From an uncultured Eubacteriales bacterium (GTDB lineage Bacteria > Bacillota > Clostridia > Acetivibrionales > CAYWGM01): a stretch of DNA of 49,871 nucleotides. Where the stretch lies: positions 1 to 49,871 of the forward strand of contig CAYWGM010000007.1 in the NCBI GenBank assembly GCA_964457875.1, written 5' to 3'. The notes under the pieces were generated by a model that ran no database searches, was not told the origin of the DNA, and worked only from the letters and a program-made list of their open reading frames with translations. The position numbers and the translations under genes were made by a program. Positions 8,989 through 17,623 of this stretch are shown here, one piece after another (the stretch's first letter is position 1; every line of letters begins with the position of its first letter).

Positions 8989-10473
8989 ATGAAAATATTA
9001 TTTATATACCCGCAATATCCGCAGACATATTGGAGCTTTCATTACGCCCTGAAATTCATTTCGAAAAAGGCGAACTACCCGCCTCTCGGCCTACTGACCG
9101 TAGCTGCGATGACCCCGCGGGATTGGGATAAAAGGCTTGTGGATATGAATGTGCAAAGATTGAATGACATTGATATTAAATGGGCTGACTATGTTTTCAT
9201 AAGCGCCATGGCAGTCCAAAAAGAATCTGTCAAAAGAGTTGTTGAAAGATGTAAAAAACTTGGTGCGAAGATAGTTGCCGGCGGTCCTCTTTTCACTGCA
9301 AATTATGAAGAATACGAAGGTATCGATCACCTGTTATTGAACGAAGGCGAGTTGACGCTTCCTCAATTCATATGCGATTTGCAGGAAGGAAATGCCCGGA
9401 AGATATATTCGTCGGACCGTTGGGCCGATATCACCACGACGCCGGTACCGCAATGGGATCTGATCGACATTAAAAAATATGCGTCGATGAACATACAATA
9501 TTCAAGAGGCTGCCCATATAATTGCGAATTTTGCAATATCACCGATCTGTTCGGCAGGATTCCGCGGACCAAGACAGCCGGCCAGATCCTTACGGAACTT
9601 GAAAGCTTGTATGCTGAAGGTTGGAGAGGCGGCGTCCTGTTTGTCGACGATAATTTCATCGGAAACAGCAAGAAATTAAAAGAAGAGATACTGCCTGCCA
9701 TTACTAAATGGATGGATATAAAAAAGCATCCTTTTGTCTTCTTTACAGAGGCGTCTATTAATCTGGCAGACGATGAAGAACTCATGAATATGATGGTCAG
9801 AGCCGGATTCGATGCGGTATTTGTGGGCATTGAATCACCTGATGAGGACAGCCTGAAGGAGTGCAATAAATATCAGAACAGAAACCGTGATCTTTTGTCA
9901 TCCATTAAAAAGATCCATGCGGCAGGAATGCAGGTTCAGGGCGGATTCATACTTGGCTTCGATAATGATAAACCGGGCACGTTCGAACGTCTGATAAAGT
10001 TCATCCAGGAAAGCAGCGTAGTGACTGCGATGGTAGGATTGCTCAATGCGCCGAAGGGCACGAAGCTGTATGACAGGATGAAGGAGGAAGGTCGCTTGTT
10101 AAAGACATTCTCAGGCGATAATACTGACTATTCGATGAATTTCATTCCCAAGATGAATCACGATATGCTGATTAAGGGATATAAAAAGGTCGTCAATACC
10201 ATCTACTCTCCCAAATACTATTGTGACAGGGTCATCAGTTTTCTCAAAGAATATGTGCCGATAAAACATGGCCTGGCGAAAATCAAGTTTAATGAACTCA
10301 GGGCATTTATCAAGTCGATATTTGTGCTGGGGATTGCCGGCAAAGGCAGGTTGTATTACTGGAAGCTGTTCATCTGGGCGCTTTTCAGAAAGCCGAGACT
10401 GTTTCCTATGGCTATTGTATTTTCGATTTACGGATTCCATTTCAGAAAGGTTTTCAGGAAGACCTATGAATGA
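8989..10473 (+). CDS. B12-binding-domain radical SAM protein with DUF4070-type C-terminus (class B rSAM)
   Basis: 494 aa. N-terminal cobalamin-binding-like Rossmann (ILFIYP...PPLGLLTVAAM...VFISAM), CxxxCxxC cluster (SRGCPYNCEFCN), and a basic/hydrophobic C-terminal extension. Confidence 0.85.
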   Translation: MKILFIYPQYPQTYWSFHYALKFISKKANYPPLGLLTVAAMTPRDWDKRLVDMNVQRLNDIDIKWADYVFISAMAVQKESVKRVVERCKKLGAKIVAGGPLFTANYEEYEGIDHLLLNEGELTLPQFICDLQEGNARKIYSSDRWADITTTPVPQWDLIDIKKYASMNIQYSRGCPYNCEFCNITDLFGRIPRTKTAGQILTELESLYAEGWRGGVLFVDDNFIGNSKKLKEEILPAITKWMDIKKHPFVFFTEASINLADDEELMNMMVRAGFDAVFVGIESPDEDSLKECNKYQNRNRDLLSSIKKIHAAGMQVQGGFILGFDNDKPGTFERLIKFIQESSVVTAMVGLLNAPKGTKLYDRMKEEGRLLKTFSGDNTDYSMNFIPKMNHDMLIKGYKKVVNTIYSPKYYCDRVISFLKEYVPIKHGLAKIKFNELRAFIKSIFVLGIAGKGRLYYWKLFIWALFRKPRLFPMAIVFSIYGFHFRKVFRKTYE

Positions 10474-11542
10474 GCCTTATTCAATTGAGGATCTGGAGAC
10501 CCCGGCCTTATTGATCGACATGGATGCCATGGAGTGGAACATCCGTACTATGGCTGGCTACTGGACAGGCCGGAAGGCCAAATTGCGGCCGCATTTCAAG
10601 ACGGCGAAATGTCCGCAGATAGCTCGTATGCAAATGGATGCGGGAGCTGTTGGGATCACATGCGCGAAGACGGGGGAAGCCGAGGTTCTGGCTGAAGCGG
10701 GGATCAGGGATATTCTGGTTGCCAATCAGGTTGTCGATCCCAATAAAATACGCAGGCTTGCAGGTATGGCTCGCACAGGGATCCGGATAACCGTTGCCGC
10801 GGACAATAAGGATAATGTGGCTGATTTGTCAGATGCCGCCGTTGAGGCGGGTACGACGTTGCACATATTGATCGAAGCAGATGTCGGTATGGGAAGATGC
10901 GGAGTGAATACACCCGCGGAAGTCCTTGACCTTGCGAGGAAGGTAATTGAATCTCCCGGTCTGGCATTTGAAGGAATACAGGCCTATGAAGGCCATATTG
11001 TGCTTAATCCTGAAAGGAAAGAGCGCGTTGAAGGCGTCCGCAGGATGATTGAAAAAATCGGGGAAATCAAAGACACTCTTGAAAGAAGCGGGATACCGGT
11101 CATAAGTATAAGCGGCGGCGGTACCGGAACATACGATATTACCGGCGATAATACTATTTGGACGGAGATTCAGTCCGGGTCGTACGTTTTTATGGATAAT
11201 ACATACAGCAAGCTTGGGCTCGGATTTAAAAGCTCATTGTCAGTCCTTGCGACAGTGATACATAAGCGTAGTGGCATTGCTGTCACTGACACCGGAAGGA
11301 AATCGTGCTCGACCGACATGGGGATGCCGGTGATGAAAGGCAATCCTGAGCTAAAAATCAGGTTGAACGAGGAACATGGCATAATAGAAGATGAAAATGA
11401 TATATTGCAATATAAGCAGAAAGTCGAGTACATACCGGGCCATTGTTGTACCACGGTCAATCTGCATGACAATTACTTCTGTACAAGGGCGGGATGTGTT
11501 GAGGCCGTATGGCCTATATCAGCGCGCGGTAAAAGCAGGTAG
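10466..11542 (+). CDS. D-TA/DSD1-family PLP enzyme (D-threonine aldolase / D-serine dehydratase-like; alanine-racemase-N fold)
   Basis: ORF 10268..11542. ATG 10466 (MNEPYSIEDLETPALLID...) overlaps the rSAM stop by 8 nt. PLP-Lys motif LRPHFKTAKCP and C-terminal metal/β-domain motif IPGHCCTTVNLHD. Confidence 0.75.
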   Translation: MNEPYSIEDLETPALLIDMDAMEWNIRTMAGYWTGRKAKLRPHFKTAKCPQIARMQMDAGAVGITCAKTGEAEVLAEAGIRDILVANQVVDPNKIRRLAGMARTGIRITVAADNKDNVADLSDAAVEAGTTLHILIEADVGMGRCGVNTPAEVLDLARKVIESPGLAFEGIQAYEGHIVLNPERKERVEGVRRMIEKIGEIKDTLERSGIPVISISGGGTGTYDITGDNTIWTEIQSGSYVFMDNTYSKLGLGFKSSLSVLATVIHKRSGIAVTDTGRKSCSTDMGMPVMKGNPELKIRLNEEHGIIEDENDILQYKQKVEYIPGHCCTTVNLHDNYFCTRAGCVEAVWPISARGKSR

Positions 11543-11573
11543 CGCATATTATTTATAAATCAAACAGGGGTGT

Positions 11574-12179
11574 GTGGTTTTGAGGATTAATGGCGGACAG
11601 TGTAATGATTGCGGCAGGTGTGAGGCCGAATGCCACAGGAATGCGGTGACAAAGGATAAGGACGGACGGTTTATTATTGATGCGTCATTATGCAACGACT
11701 GTGAAGGATTACTCGATTACCAGTGCGCATGGGTATGCCCATGCAACTGTATCGTCGACGAATCCGGGAATCCGATATCTATAACTGATCGCACCGCAAG
11801 GCTAAGACCTGACCATCTGCTTTATATGGTCGCGGTATTGGGGGCGGGGAATAGCGGACGCTATATAGCCGGCAGGGAATGGGCGCTCATGCGCAACATC
11901 ATTGCCGAGGCTTTCAGGGATCCTCGGCTTATGATACGGATAGTGCCCACATTCGATGACGGCTGTATCGGATGCAAATCGAAGAAGGACCCGAAGCACG
12001 TGGAAAAGTTGATATGGGAAGACAAAAAGACATTGGATGCGGCGGATTTAAAATATGGACAGGTGATCAATTTTTGGGACGCCGTCAGTGCAATCAGGAA
12101 GAATATAACCAAGCGGTATCTGAAAAAGATCGGAAAGTCAGAAATATTTATTGAGGATTTTTTTGGACTGAACAGATAA
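11574..12179 (+). CDS. 2[4Fe-4S] ferredoxin-domain protein with uncharacterised ~130-aa C-terminal domain
   Basis: 201 aa. Motifs CNDCGRCEAEC and CNDCEGLLDYQCAWVCP (CxxCx7CxxxCP). Start is GTG 11574 or TTG 11580 (9 nt after AGGGG). I do not recognise the C-terminal part. Confidence 0.6.
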   Translation: MVLRINGGQCNDCGRCEAECHRNAVTKDKDGRFIIDASLCNDCEGLLDYQCAWVCPCNCIVDESGNPISITDRTARLRPDHLLYMVAVLGAGNSGRYIAGREWALMRNIIAEAFRDPRLMIRIVPTFDDGCIGCKSKKDPKHVEKLIWEDKKTLDAADLKYGQVINFWDAVSAIRKNITKRYLKKIGKSEIFIEDFFGLNR

Positions 12180-12193
12180 TTGCTGCAATCATA

Positions 12194-12223
12194 TTGGCAA
12201 ATTCTGCAGCAGTGTAATATAAT
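12194..12223 (+). promoter_or_regulatory. Putative sigma-A promoter of the glycine riboswitch/gcv operon
   Basis: TTGGCA (12194-12199), 18-nt spacer, TATAAT (12218-12223). Located about 35-50 nt upstream of the first riboswitch aptamer. Confidence 0.4.
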
Positions 12224-12254
12224 GATTACAGGAAGTATCGCATGACAATAGAAT

Positions 12255-12456
12255 ACTGGATGGATGATGGCTGCGGGAGAGTCCCGGTTATATCACGGGC
12301 GCCGAAGAAGTAAGTATCCGGTTGGCTGGAAATGAAACTTTCAGGCAAAAGGGACCGTAGCCGGACAATACTCTGGAAAAGCCGGCAACGGCACCGAAGG
12401 AGCAATATCCGGCAAGATAGGATGTCAGGATAGAATCTCTCAGGGATACATACAGG
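12255..12456 (+). promoter_or_regulatory. Tandem glycine riboswitch (two aptamers)
   Basis: Aptamer 1: GGGAGAG (12275-81), GCCGAAG (12301-07), TCAGGCAAAAGGGAC (12341-55). Aptamer 2: CTCTGGAAAAG (12371-81), GCACCGAAGGAGCAA (12391-405), CTCTCAGGGATA (12437-48). This matches the conserved cores of the glycine riboswitch (Rfam RF00504), and sits in the classical position upstream of gcvT. Confidence 0.85.
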
Positions 12457-12497
12457 GGAAATAACATTGTTGAGTGTTATTTCCCCTTTTTATTTTT
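12455..12497 (+). terminator. Intrinsic terminator (expression platform of the glycine riboswitch)
   Basis: GGGGAAATAAC (12455-65), 10-nt loop, GTTATTTCCCC (12476-86), then TTTTTATTTTT. The 5' arm abuts or overlaps the 3' end of aptamer 2, as expected for a glycine-ON antiterminator switch. Confidence 0.75.
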
Positions 12498-12536
12498 GCG
12501 GTTTCGCAATATGAATGAATTAAGGGGGCGTTTGAT

Positions 12537-13634
12537 ATCAAAAGGACTCCGCTTTATGAAATGCACCTGCAGCATGGTGGGAAGATCATAGAATTTGGAG
12601 GCTGGGCCCTTCCGGTCCAGTACAAAAGCATTATCGAAGAGCACAACAAAGTCAGAAAAGCCGCCGGGATATTCGATGTCTCGCATATGGGGAGGATCAT
12701 CATCGAAGGCAGCGGAGCGGAAGATTTTATCCAGCAGTTGATAACCAATGACCTGAACGACGTTGAAGACGGCCGGGCCATATATTCTCCGGTGTGTTAT
12801 CCCCACGGCGGTACTGTGGATGATATTGTCGTGTATAAATTCAAGCCCGGCAAGTATATGCTGGTCGTCAACGCATCAAATGCGGCAAAGGATCTTGCAT
12901 GGCTGACGGAACATAAGGATAAAGCTGTGAATATTACGGACATTTCCGCCGATACGATTCAACTTGCGGTGCAGGGGCCTGATGCGGCCGCTCTCATGCA
13001 AAAGATCACCGGATATGATCTCGGTAAAATAAAGTATTATCGTTTTGCGGATAATATTGCAGTAGACGGTATGCTATCCATCGTTTCACGTACCGGATAC
13101 ACCGGAGAAGACGGCTTTGAAGTATATACCGGCAGCAGCGGAGCCGAACGGCTCTGGCGCGGCATCATGAAAGCCGGAGAAGAATACGGATTGGTCCCGG
13201 TCGGGCTGGGCGCGAGGGACACTCTGAGGATGGAGGCCGGGATGCCGCTGTACGGGCATGAATTATCCGAATCGATAACTCCTCTGCAGGCGAACCTTGA
13301 CAGATTCATTAAATTTGGCAAATCTGATTTTGTCGGGAAGCAGGCCTTAATGGCGCAAGTCACAGCCGGTGTATCAAGAAGGATATGTGGATTTGAGATG
13401 ACTGATCCGGGCGTGCCGAGGCCTGGTTATAAAGTGTATTGCGATTCAGGGGATCGGATGGTCGAGAACGGGATTGTTACAAGCGGCGGGTATTCTCCGA
13501 CTTTGAATAAAAATATCGGATTGATGCTTGTCGATTCGTATTGTTCGACTCCGGGCATGCGGATACATATTGGGGTCAGGGACAGGGACATCAGCGCCAA
13601 AACGGTAGAATATCCTTTTTATAGAAGAAAATAA
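12537..13634 (+). CDS. gcvT: Glycine cleavage system aminomethyltransferase (T protein)
   Basis: The ORF track starts at ATG 12561. The conserved KRTPLYE N-terminus is encoded in frame at 12540-12560. The likely start is ATC 12537, 8 nt after AAGGGGG. Motifs FGGWALPVQY, FDVSHMG, SRTGYTGEDGFE. Confidence 0.9.
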   Translation: MKRTPLYEMHLQHGGKIIEFGGWALPVQYKSIIEEHNKVRKAAGIFDVSHMGRIIIEGSGAEDFIQQLITNDLNDVEDGRAIYSPVCYPHGGTVDDIVVYKFKPGKYMLVVNASNAAKDLAWLTEHKDKAVNITDISADTIQLAVQGPDAAALMQKITGYDLGKIKYYRFADNIAVDGMLSIVSRTGYTGEDGFEVYTGSSGAERLWRGIMKAGEEYGLVPVGLGARDTLRMEAGMPLYGHELSESITPLQANLDRFIKFGKSDFVGKQALMAQVTAGVSRRICGFEMTDPGVPRPGYKVYCDSGDRMVENGIVTSGGYSPTLNKNIGLMLVDSYCSTPGMRIHIGVRDRDISAKTVEYPFYRRK

Positions 13635-13672
13635 GTTGCTCGATAACAAGATAAAAAGAAGGAGATGGAAAG

Positions 13673-14056
13673 ATGGATATCAAAGAAGGGCTGTATTATT
13701 CGAAGGACCATGAGTGGGTACGCGTCGAAGGGGATAAGGCCTATATCGGGATAACCGATTACGCCCAGCATGCGCTTGGCGATATTGTCTACCTTGAAAT
13801 GCCTCCCAAAGGAAAAGAGTTAAAAGCCGGCGATGTACTTGCTGTTGCAGAATCCGTAAAAACGGCTTCGGAGATATTTTCACCCATAGACGGTACAGTA
13901 TCGGAGACAAATACTGAAGTGGCCGCCGCCGCCGGTGTGTTGAACGCCGATCCCTACGGCAAATGGGTCGCTGCGCTGGAATCGATCGATAAGAAGGGTT
14001 TGTCCGGTTTGATGGATGAAAAAGAGTACGCGGCATATTGCCAGGAGGGTTCATAA
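13673..14056 (+). CDS. gcvH: Glycine cleavage system H protein (lipoyl carrier)
   Basis: 127 aa. YSKDHEWVRVEGDKAYIGITDYAQ and lipoyl-Lys motif ESVKTASE. Confidence 0.95.
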   Translation: MDIKEGLYYSKDHEWVRVEGDKAYIGITDYAQHALGDIVYLEMPPKGKELKAGDVLAVAESVKTASEIFSPIDGTVSETNTEVAAAAGVLNADPYGKWVAALESIDKKGLSGLMDEKEYAAYCQEGS

Positions 14057-15429
14057 TGTCTTCATATCTTTCTTCGACATATGAAGAGCGCAGGAAGATG
14101 CTTGAGGTCGCCGGATCCGGCAATTTTGAAGAATTGTTTGCAAGTATACCTGAAAGTATAAGGCTGCGCAGGGAACCGGATATCCCCGGCCCGTTGTCCG
14201 AGCCTGAACTGGCGGCGCATATGAACCGGGTCTCATCACGAAGCGCCGATACCGCAAGCAATATATGTTTTCTCGGGGCAGGCGCATACGATCATTATAT
14301 ACCGGCTGTTGTGGAGCATGTATTGTCCAGATCCGAATTCTATACCTCTTATACGCCATACCAGGCTGAAATCAACCAGGGCATGCTCCAGGCCATATTC
14401 GAATACCAGACCATGATATGCCGGCTGACCGGAATGGACGCATCCAATGCATCGCTGTACGACGGGGCCACAGCGCTTTCAGAGGCCATACTTATCACGT
14501 GCCTGACCACCGCGCACAATACGGTCATTGTCCCGGAGACACTTCATCCGCAATATCTTGATGTGGTCAGGACATACATATCGCCTAAAAATATTAAGAT
14601 CAAAACGGTAAGCAGTTATGAAGGGCAAATCGATCTTGATGAATTAAAGGCACTGCTTAACCATGATAACGATGGTAGCGATGTCGCCGCCGTGGTTATC
14701 CAAAATCCTAATTTCTACGGCATCGTTGAGGATATCGGTGAAGTTACGGCGCTTGCGCACAAATACGGTTCGCTTGCCATCATTGCTGCCAACCCCATAT
14801 CGCTCGGAATCCTCATATCTCCAGGAGAAGCCGGTGCAGATATTTGCGTCGGTGAAGGCCAGCCGATGGGAAACGAATTATCGTTTGGCGGCCCATATCT
14901 GGGCTTTATGGCTGTCAGGAACGAGCTTGTAAGGAAAATGCCGGGAAGGATCGTCGGCGAAACAGTGGATCGCGAAGGGAAACGTGGATTCATACTTACC
15001 CTGCAGGCGAGGGAACAGCATATAAGAAGGGAAAAGGCCGGCTCCAACATCTGTTCAAATGAAGCGCTCAACGCTCTGGCCGCCACAGTATATCTTGCCG
15101 CTGCCGGTAAACAGGGATTGCGGGATATCGCCGGATTATGCCGCGACAGGGCGCATTATGCATATAGGAAGCTGATCGATACCGGTTTTTTTGAGCCGGT
15201 ATTCAAGTCTCCTTTTTTTAACGAGTTTGTCGTCAGGAGCCCGATACCTGTAAAAACGTTGAATGATGCTCTGATGAAAAAGCGCATCATCGGCGGTCTG
15301 GATATCGGCAAATATAATAAAGAATTAAAAGACTGCTGGATGCTGGCTGTTACCGAGAAGCGTCCGGTCGCGGAAATCGATTCGCTGGTTGCGGCTGCAT
15401 CTGAAATTATAAGGAGTTGCGGTAAATGA
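14056..15429 (+). CDS. gcvPA: Glycine dehydrogenase (decarboxylating) subunit 1
   Basis: ORF 14038..15429. ATG 14056 overlaps the gcvH TAA (TAATG). The P-protein alpha-subunit pattern is present ([35 protein letters not shown]). Confidence 0.9.
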   Translation: MSSYLSSTYEERRKMLEVAGSGNFEELFASIPESIRLRREPDIPGPLSEPELAAHMNRVSSRSADTASNICFLGAGAYDHYIPAVVEHVLSRSEFYTSYTPYQAEINQGMLQAIFEYQTMICRLTGMDASNASLYDGATALSEAILITCLTTAHNTVIVPETLHPQYLDVVRTYISPKNIKIKTVSSYEGQIDLDELKALLNHDNDGSDVAAVVIQNPNFYGIVEDIGEVTALAHKYGSLAIIAANPISLGILISPGEAGADICVGEGQPMGNELSFGGPYLGFMAVRNELVRKMPGRIVGETVDREGKRGFILTLQAREQHIRREKAGSNICSNEALNALAATVYLAAAGKQGLRDIAGLCRDRAHYAYRKLIDTGFFEPVFKSPFFNEFVVRSPIPVKTLNDALMKKRIIGGLDIGKYNKELKDCWMLAVTEKRPVAEIDSLVAAASEIIRSCGK

Positions 15430-16883
15430 GCAAATTGATATTCGAGATCAGCGCAGAAGGCAAAAGCACGTTCCGGGCGCCTGCGGCAGACCCGGAGTGT
15501 GAGAACTGCAAAGGCAGCGGGGATGCTATCCCTGATAAATTCATGCGGAAATCGCCGGCCGACCTTCCTGAAGTTTCTGAGCCTGAACTCGTCAGGCATT
15601 ATACAAGACTTTCCGGTATGAATTTCGGCGTCGATTCCGGATTTTACCCTCTCGGTTCCTGCACGATGAAATACAATCCGAAGATAAATGAAAATATAGC
15701 CAAATATGAAGGTTTCTCCAAAGTCCATCCGATGCAGGATGAAGACACGGTGCAAGGATGTCTCGGGTTGATCCATGATCTCGGAGCGATGCTTTGTGAA
15801 ATCACCGGCATGGCCGGTTTTTCGATGCAGCCTGCGGCAGGTGCGCATGGCGAGTTCGCCGGATTGCTGATGATCAGGGCTTGGCATAAATCGAGAGGCG
15901 ACGAAAAGAGGACGAGGATAATCGTCCCCGATTCGGCCCATGGCACAAATCCGGCTTCTGCGACAATGGCGGGTTTCAACGTGACAGTCATAAAATCCGA
16001 TGAGATGGGCTGCGTGGATATCGGATCGCTGAAATCGGCCATCGGTGATGATGTCGCCGGTCTGATGCTTACAAACCCCAATACGTTAGGATTGTTCGAT
16101 GAGAATATTGTCATGATATCGGAAATCGTGCATGGTTGCGGCGGATTACTGTATTATGACGGGGCTAATGCAAATGCCATACTTGGCATAACCAGACCGG
16201 GGGATATGGGATTCGATGTAGTACATCTCAATCTGCACAAGACTTTCGGGACTCCTCACGGAGGCGGCGGACCGGGCGCCGGACCGATCGGAGTGACTGA
16301 AGAGCTCTTGCCGTTTTTACCTGTCCCTGTGATAATCAATAAAGATGGAAGGTATACCGAAGATTATGACAGGCCTCTATCGATAGGGCGTATGAAGGCT
16401 TTCAACGGTAATTTCGGCGTATTGGTAAAGGCCTATGCATATATCCTCTCGCATGGCGCGTCAGGCTTGCGGATGAATTCCGAAATGGCTGTGCTCAACG
16501 CCAATTATCTGATGAAGCTTCTCAAAGAGCGGTACCATCTTGCGTATGACAGGCCGTGCATGCATGAATTCGTCATCTCGGCAAAAAACCAGAATGCATA
16601 TGGCGTTACGGCGATGGACATCGCAAAAAGGCTCATTGATCTTGGCATACACCCTCCCACGGTCTACTTTCCTCTAATTGTCAGGGAGTCGATAATGGTG
16701 GAACCTACCGAGACGGAGAGCAAAAGCACCCTGGACGCCTTTGCAGCCGCGATGACGCAGATAGCCGACGAGGCGGCTTCGCAACCGGAGTTGCTGAAAC
16801 AAGCGCCTCACAATACTCCCGTCAGGCGGCTGGATGAAGTCAAAGCGGCTAGGGAACCTGTGCTGACTTATAAGAATAAATAG
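15426..16883 (+). CDS. gcvPB: Glycine dehydrogenase (decarboxylating) subunit 2
   Basis: ATGA overlap with gcvPA. PLP-Lys motif [18 protein letters not shown]. 485 aa. Confidence 0.9.
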   Translation: MSKLIFEISAEGKSTFRAPAADPECENCKGSGDAIPDKFMRKSPADLPEVSEPELVRHYTRLSGMNFGVDSGFYPLGSCTMKYNPKINENIAKYEGFSKVHPMQDEDTVQGCLGLIHDLGAMLCEITGMAGFSMQPAAGAHGEFAGLLMIRAWHKSRGDEKRTRIIVPDSAHGTNPASATMAGFNVTVIKSDEMGCVDIGSLKSAIGDDVAGLMLTNPNTLGLFDENIVMISEIVHGCGGLLYYDGANANAILGITRPGDMGFDVVHLNLHKTFGTPHGGGGPGAGPIGVTEELLPFLPVPVIINKDGRYTEDYDRPLSIGRMKAFNGNFGVLVKAYAYILSHGASGLRMNSEMAVLNANYLMKLLKERYHLAYDRPCMHEFVISAKNQNAYGVTAMDIAKRLIDLGIHPPTVYFPLIVRESIMVEPTETESKSTLDAFAAAMTQIADEAASQPELLKQAPHNTPVRRLDEVKAAREPVLTYKNK

Positions 16884-16885
16884 TA

Positions 16886-17605
16886 TTAGGCGAATATTTC
16901 CGGCAGTCCGACGTCCAAGCCTTTAAATATAAAGGATTTGGCCGTATCGTCCCTGACGAATTGCTTCATATTTTCTATTTTGTTGTCCTTGAATTGATAT
17001 ACGGATAATTCTTTGTTTTTATAATTCACTATCCAATATTCCTGCACGCCTGAATTCAAATAAAGGTCCAATTTCCTCACAAGGTCGTGCCTTACCGAAG
17101 ATTCCGACATGACTTCGACAACAAGCGCGGGGACGCCCTCGTACTTATCCTTGTCGTTCATGTTTTCCGGGTCGCATATGACCAGCACGTCAGGCTGCAC
17201 CATATTCATATGCTTCCCGTTCTTAACGATCTTCACATCGAAAGGCGAGAGGTACGGGCGGCACTTTTTGCCCCCGAACCATGAACGAAATATAGTGTAG
17301 ATGTTTCCAATGATTTGCTGGTGTGTGGATTTGGGTGAAGCAAGCAGGTACACTTCGCCGTCGATATACTCATACCTTTCGTTGCTTTTCTCGTACATTT
17401 CAAGGAATTCGTCAAAACTCATTCTTTTGCCTTGGTAGTTGTATGCCACTCCGTGTTCGGCAACGATACTTTCGAAATCCCAGTCTTCAAGCTTTGTGAT
17501 TTTTGCTACCGGCTTTCCGCTCCTTGTAACGATGATATCTTCCTGCCAAAGCAGCTGCAGGTATTTGCCAAAATTATTCTTGATATCGGTTGCGCTTATG
17601 ATCAT
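16886..17605 (-). CDS. Fusion protein: Phd/YefM-type antitoxin domain (N) + Uma2/DUF820 PD-(D/E)xK putative endonuclease (C)
   Basis: 239 aa. Residues 1-45, MIISATDIKNNFGKYLQLLWQEDIIVTRSGKPVAKITKLEDWD, form a Phd/YefM N-domain pattern. Residues ~60-239 show Uma2 hallmarks: YEYIDGEVYLLASPKSTHQQI, QPDVLVICD, PALVVEVMSESSVRHDLVRKLDLYLNSGVQEYWIVN. It is a single uninterrupted ORF. Convergent with gcvPB (2-nt gap) and divergent from htpG. Confidence 0.75.
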   Translation of the reverse strand: MIISATDIKNNFGKYLQLLWQEDIIVTRSGKPVAKITKLEDWDFESIVAEHGVAYNYQGKRMSFDEFLEMYEKSNERYEYIDGEVYLLASPKSTHQQIIGNIYTIFRSWFGGKKCRPYLSPFDVKIVKNGKHMNMVQPDVLVICDPENMNDKDKYEGVPALVVEVMSESSVRHDLVRKLDLYLNSGVQEYWIVNYKNKELSVYQFKDNKIENMKQFVRDDTAKSFIFKGLDVGLPEIFA

Positions 17606-17623
17606 ATCACCACTCCTTAACTA

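Noticed and set aside
10268-10465. N-terminal 66-codon extension of the D-TA ORF (and similar extensions at 5162-5197, 31734-31835, 41226-41273, 42517-42636, 43626-43667)
   Set aside because: These extensions overlap the 3' ends of the preceding genes in another frame and lack an RBS. In each case a downstream start matches family N-termini and gives the usual small overlap or short gap.
12181-12211. Hairpin TGCTGCA-N17-TGCAGCA after the ferredoxin-like gene as a terminator
   Set aside because: The stem is only 7 bp with a 17-nt loop and no U-tract, and it overlaps the putative -35 box. It is not convincing as an intrinsic terminator.
15156-15941. 261-aa minus-strand ORF opposite the gcvPA/gcvPB junction
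   Set aside because: Antisense shadow ORF. The gcvPA and gcvPB assignments are unambiguous.
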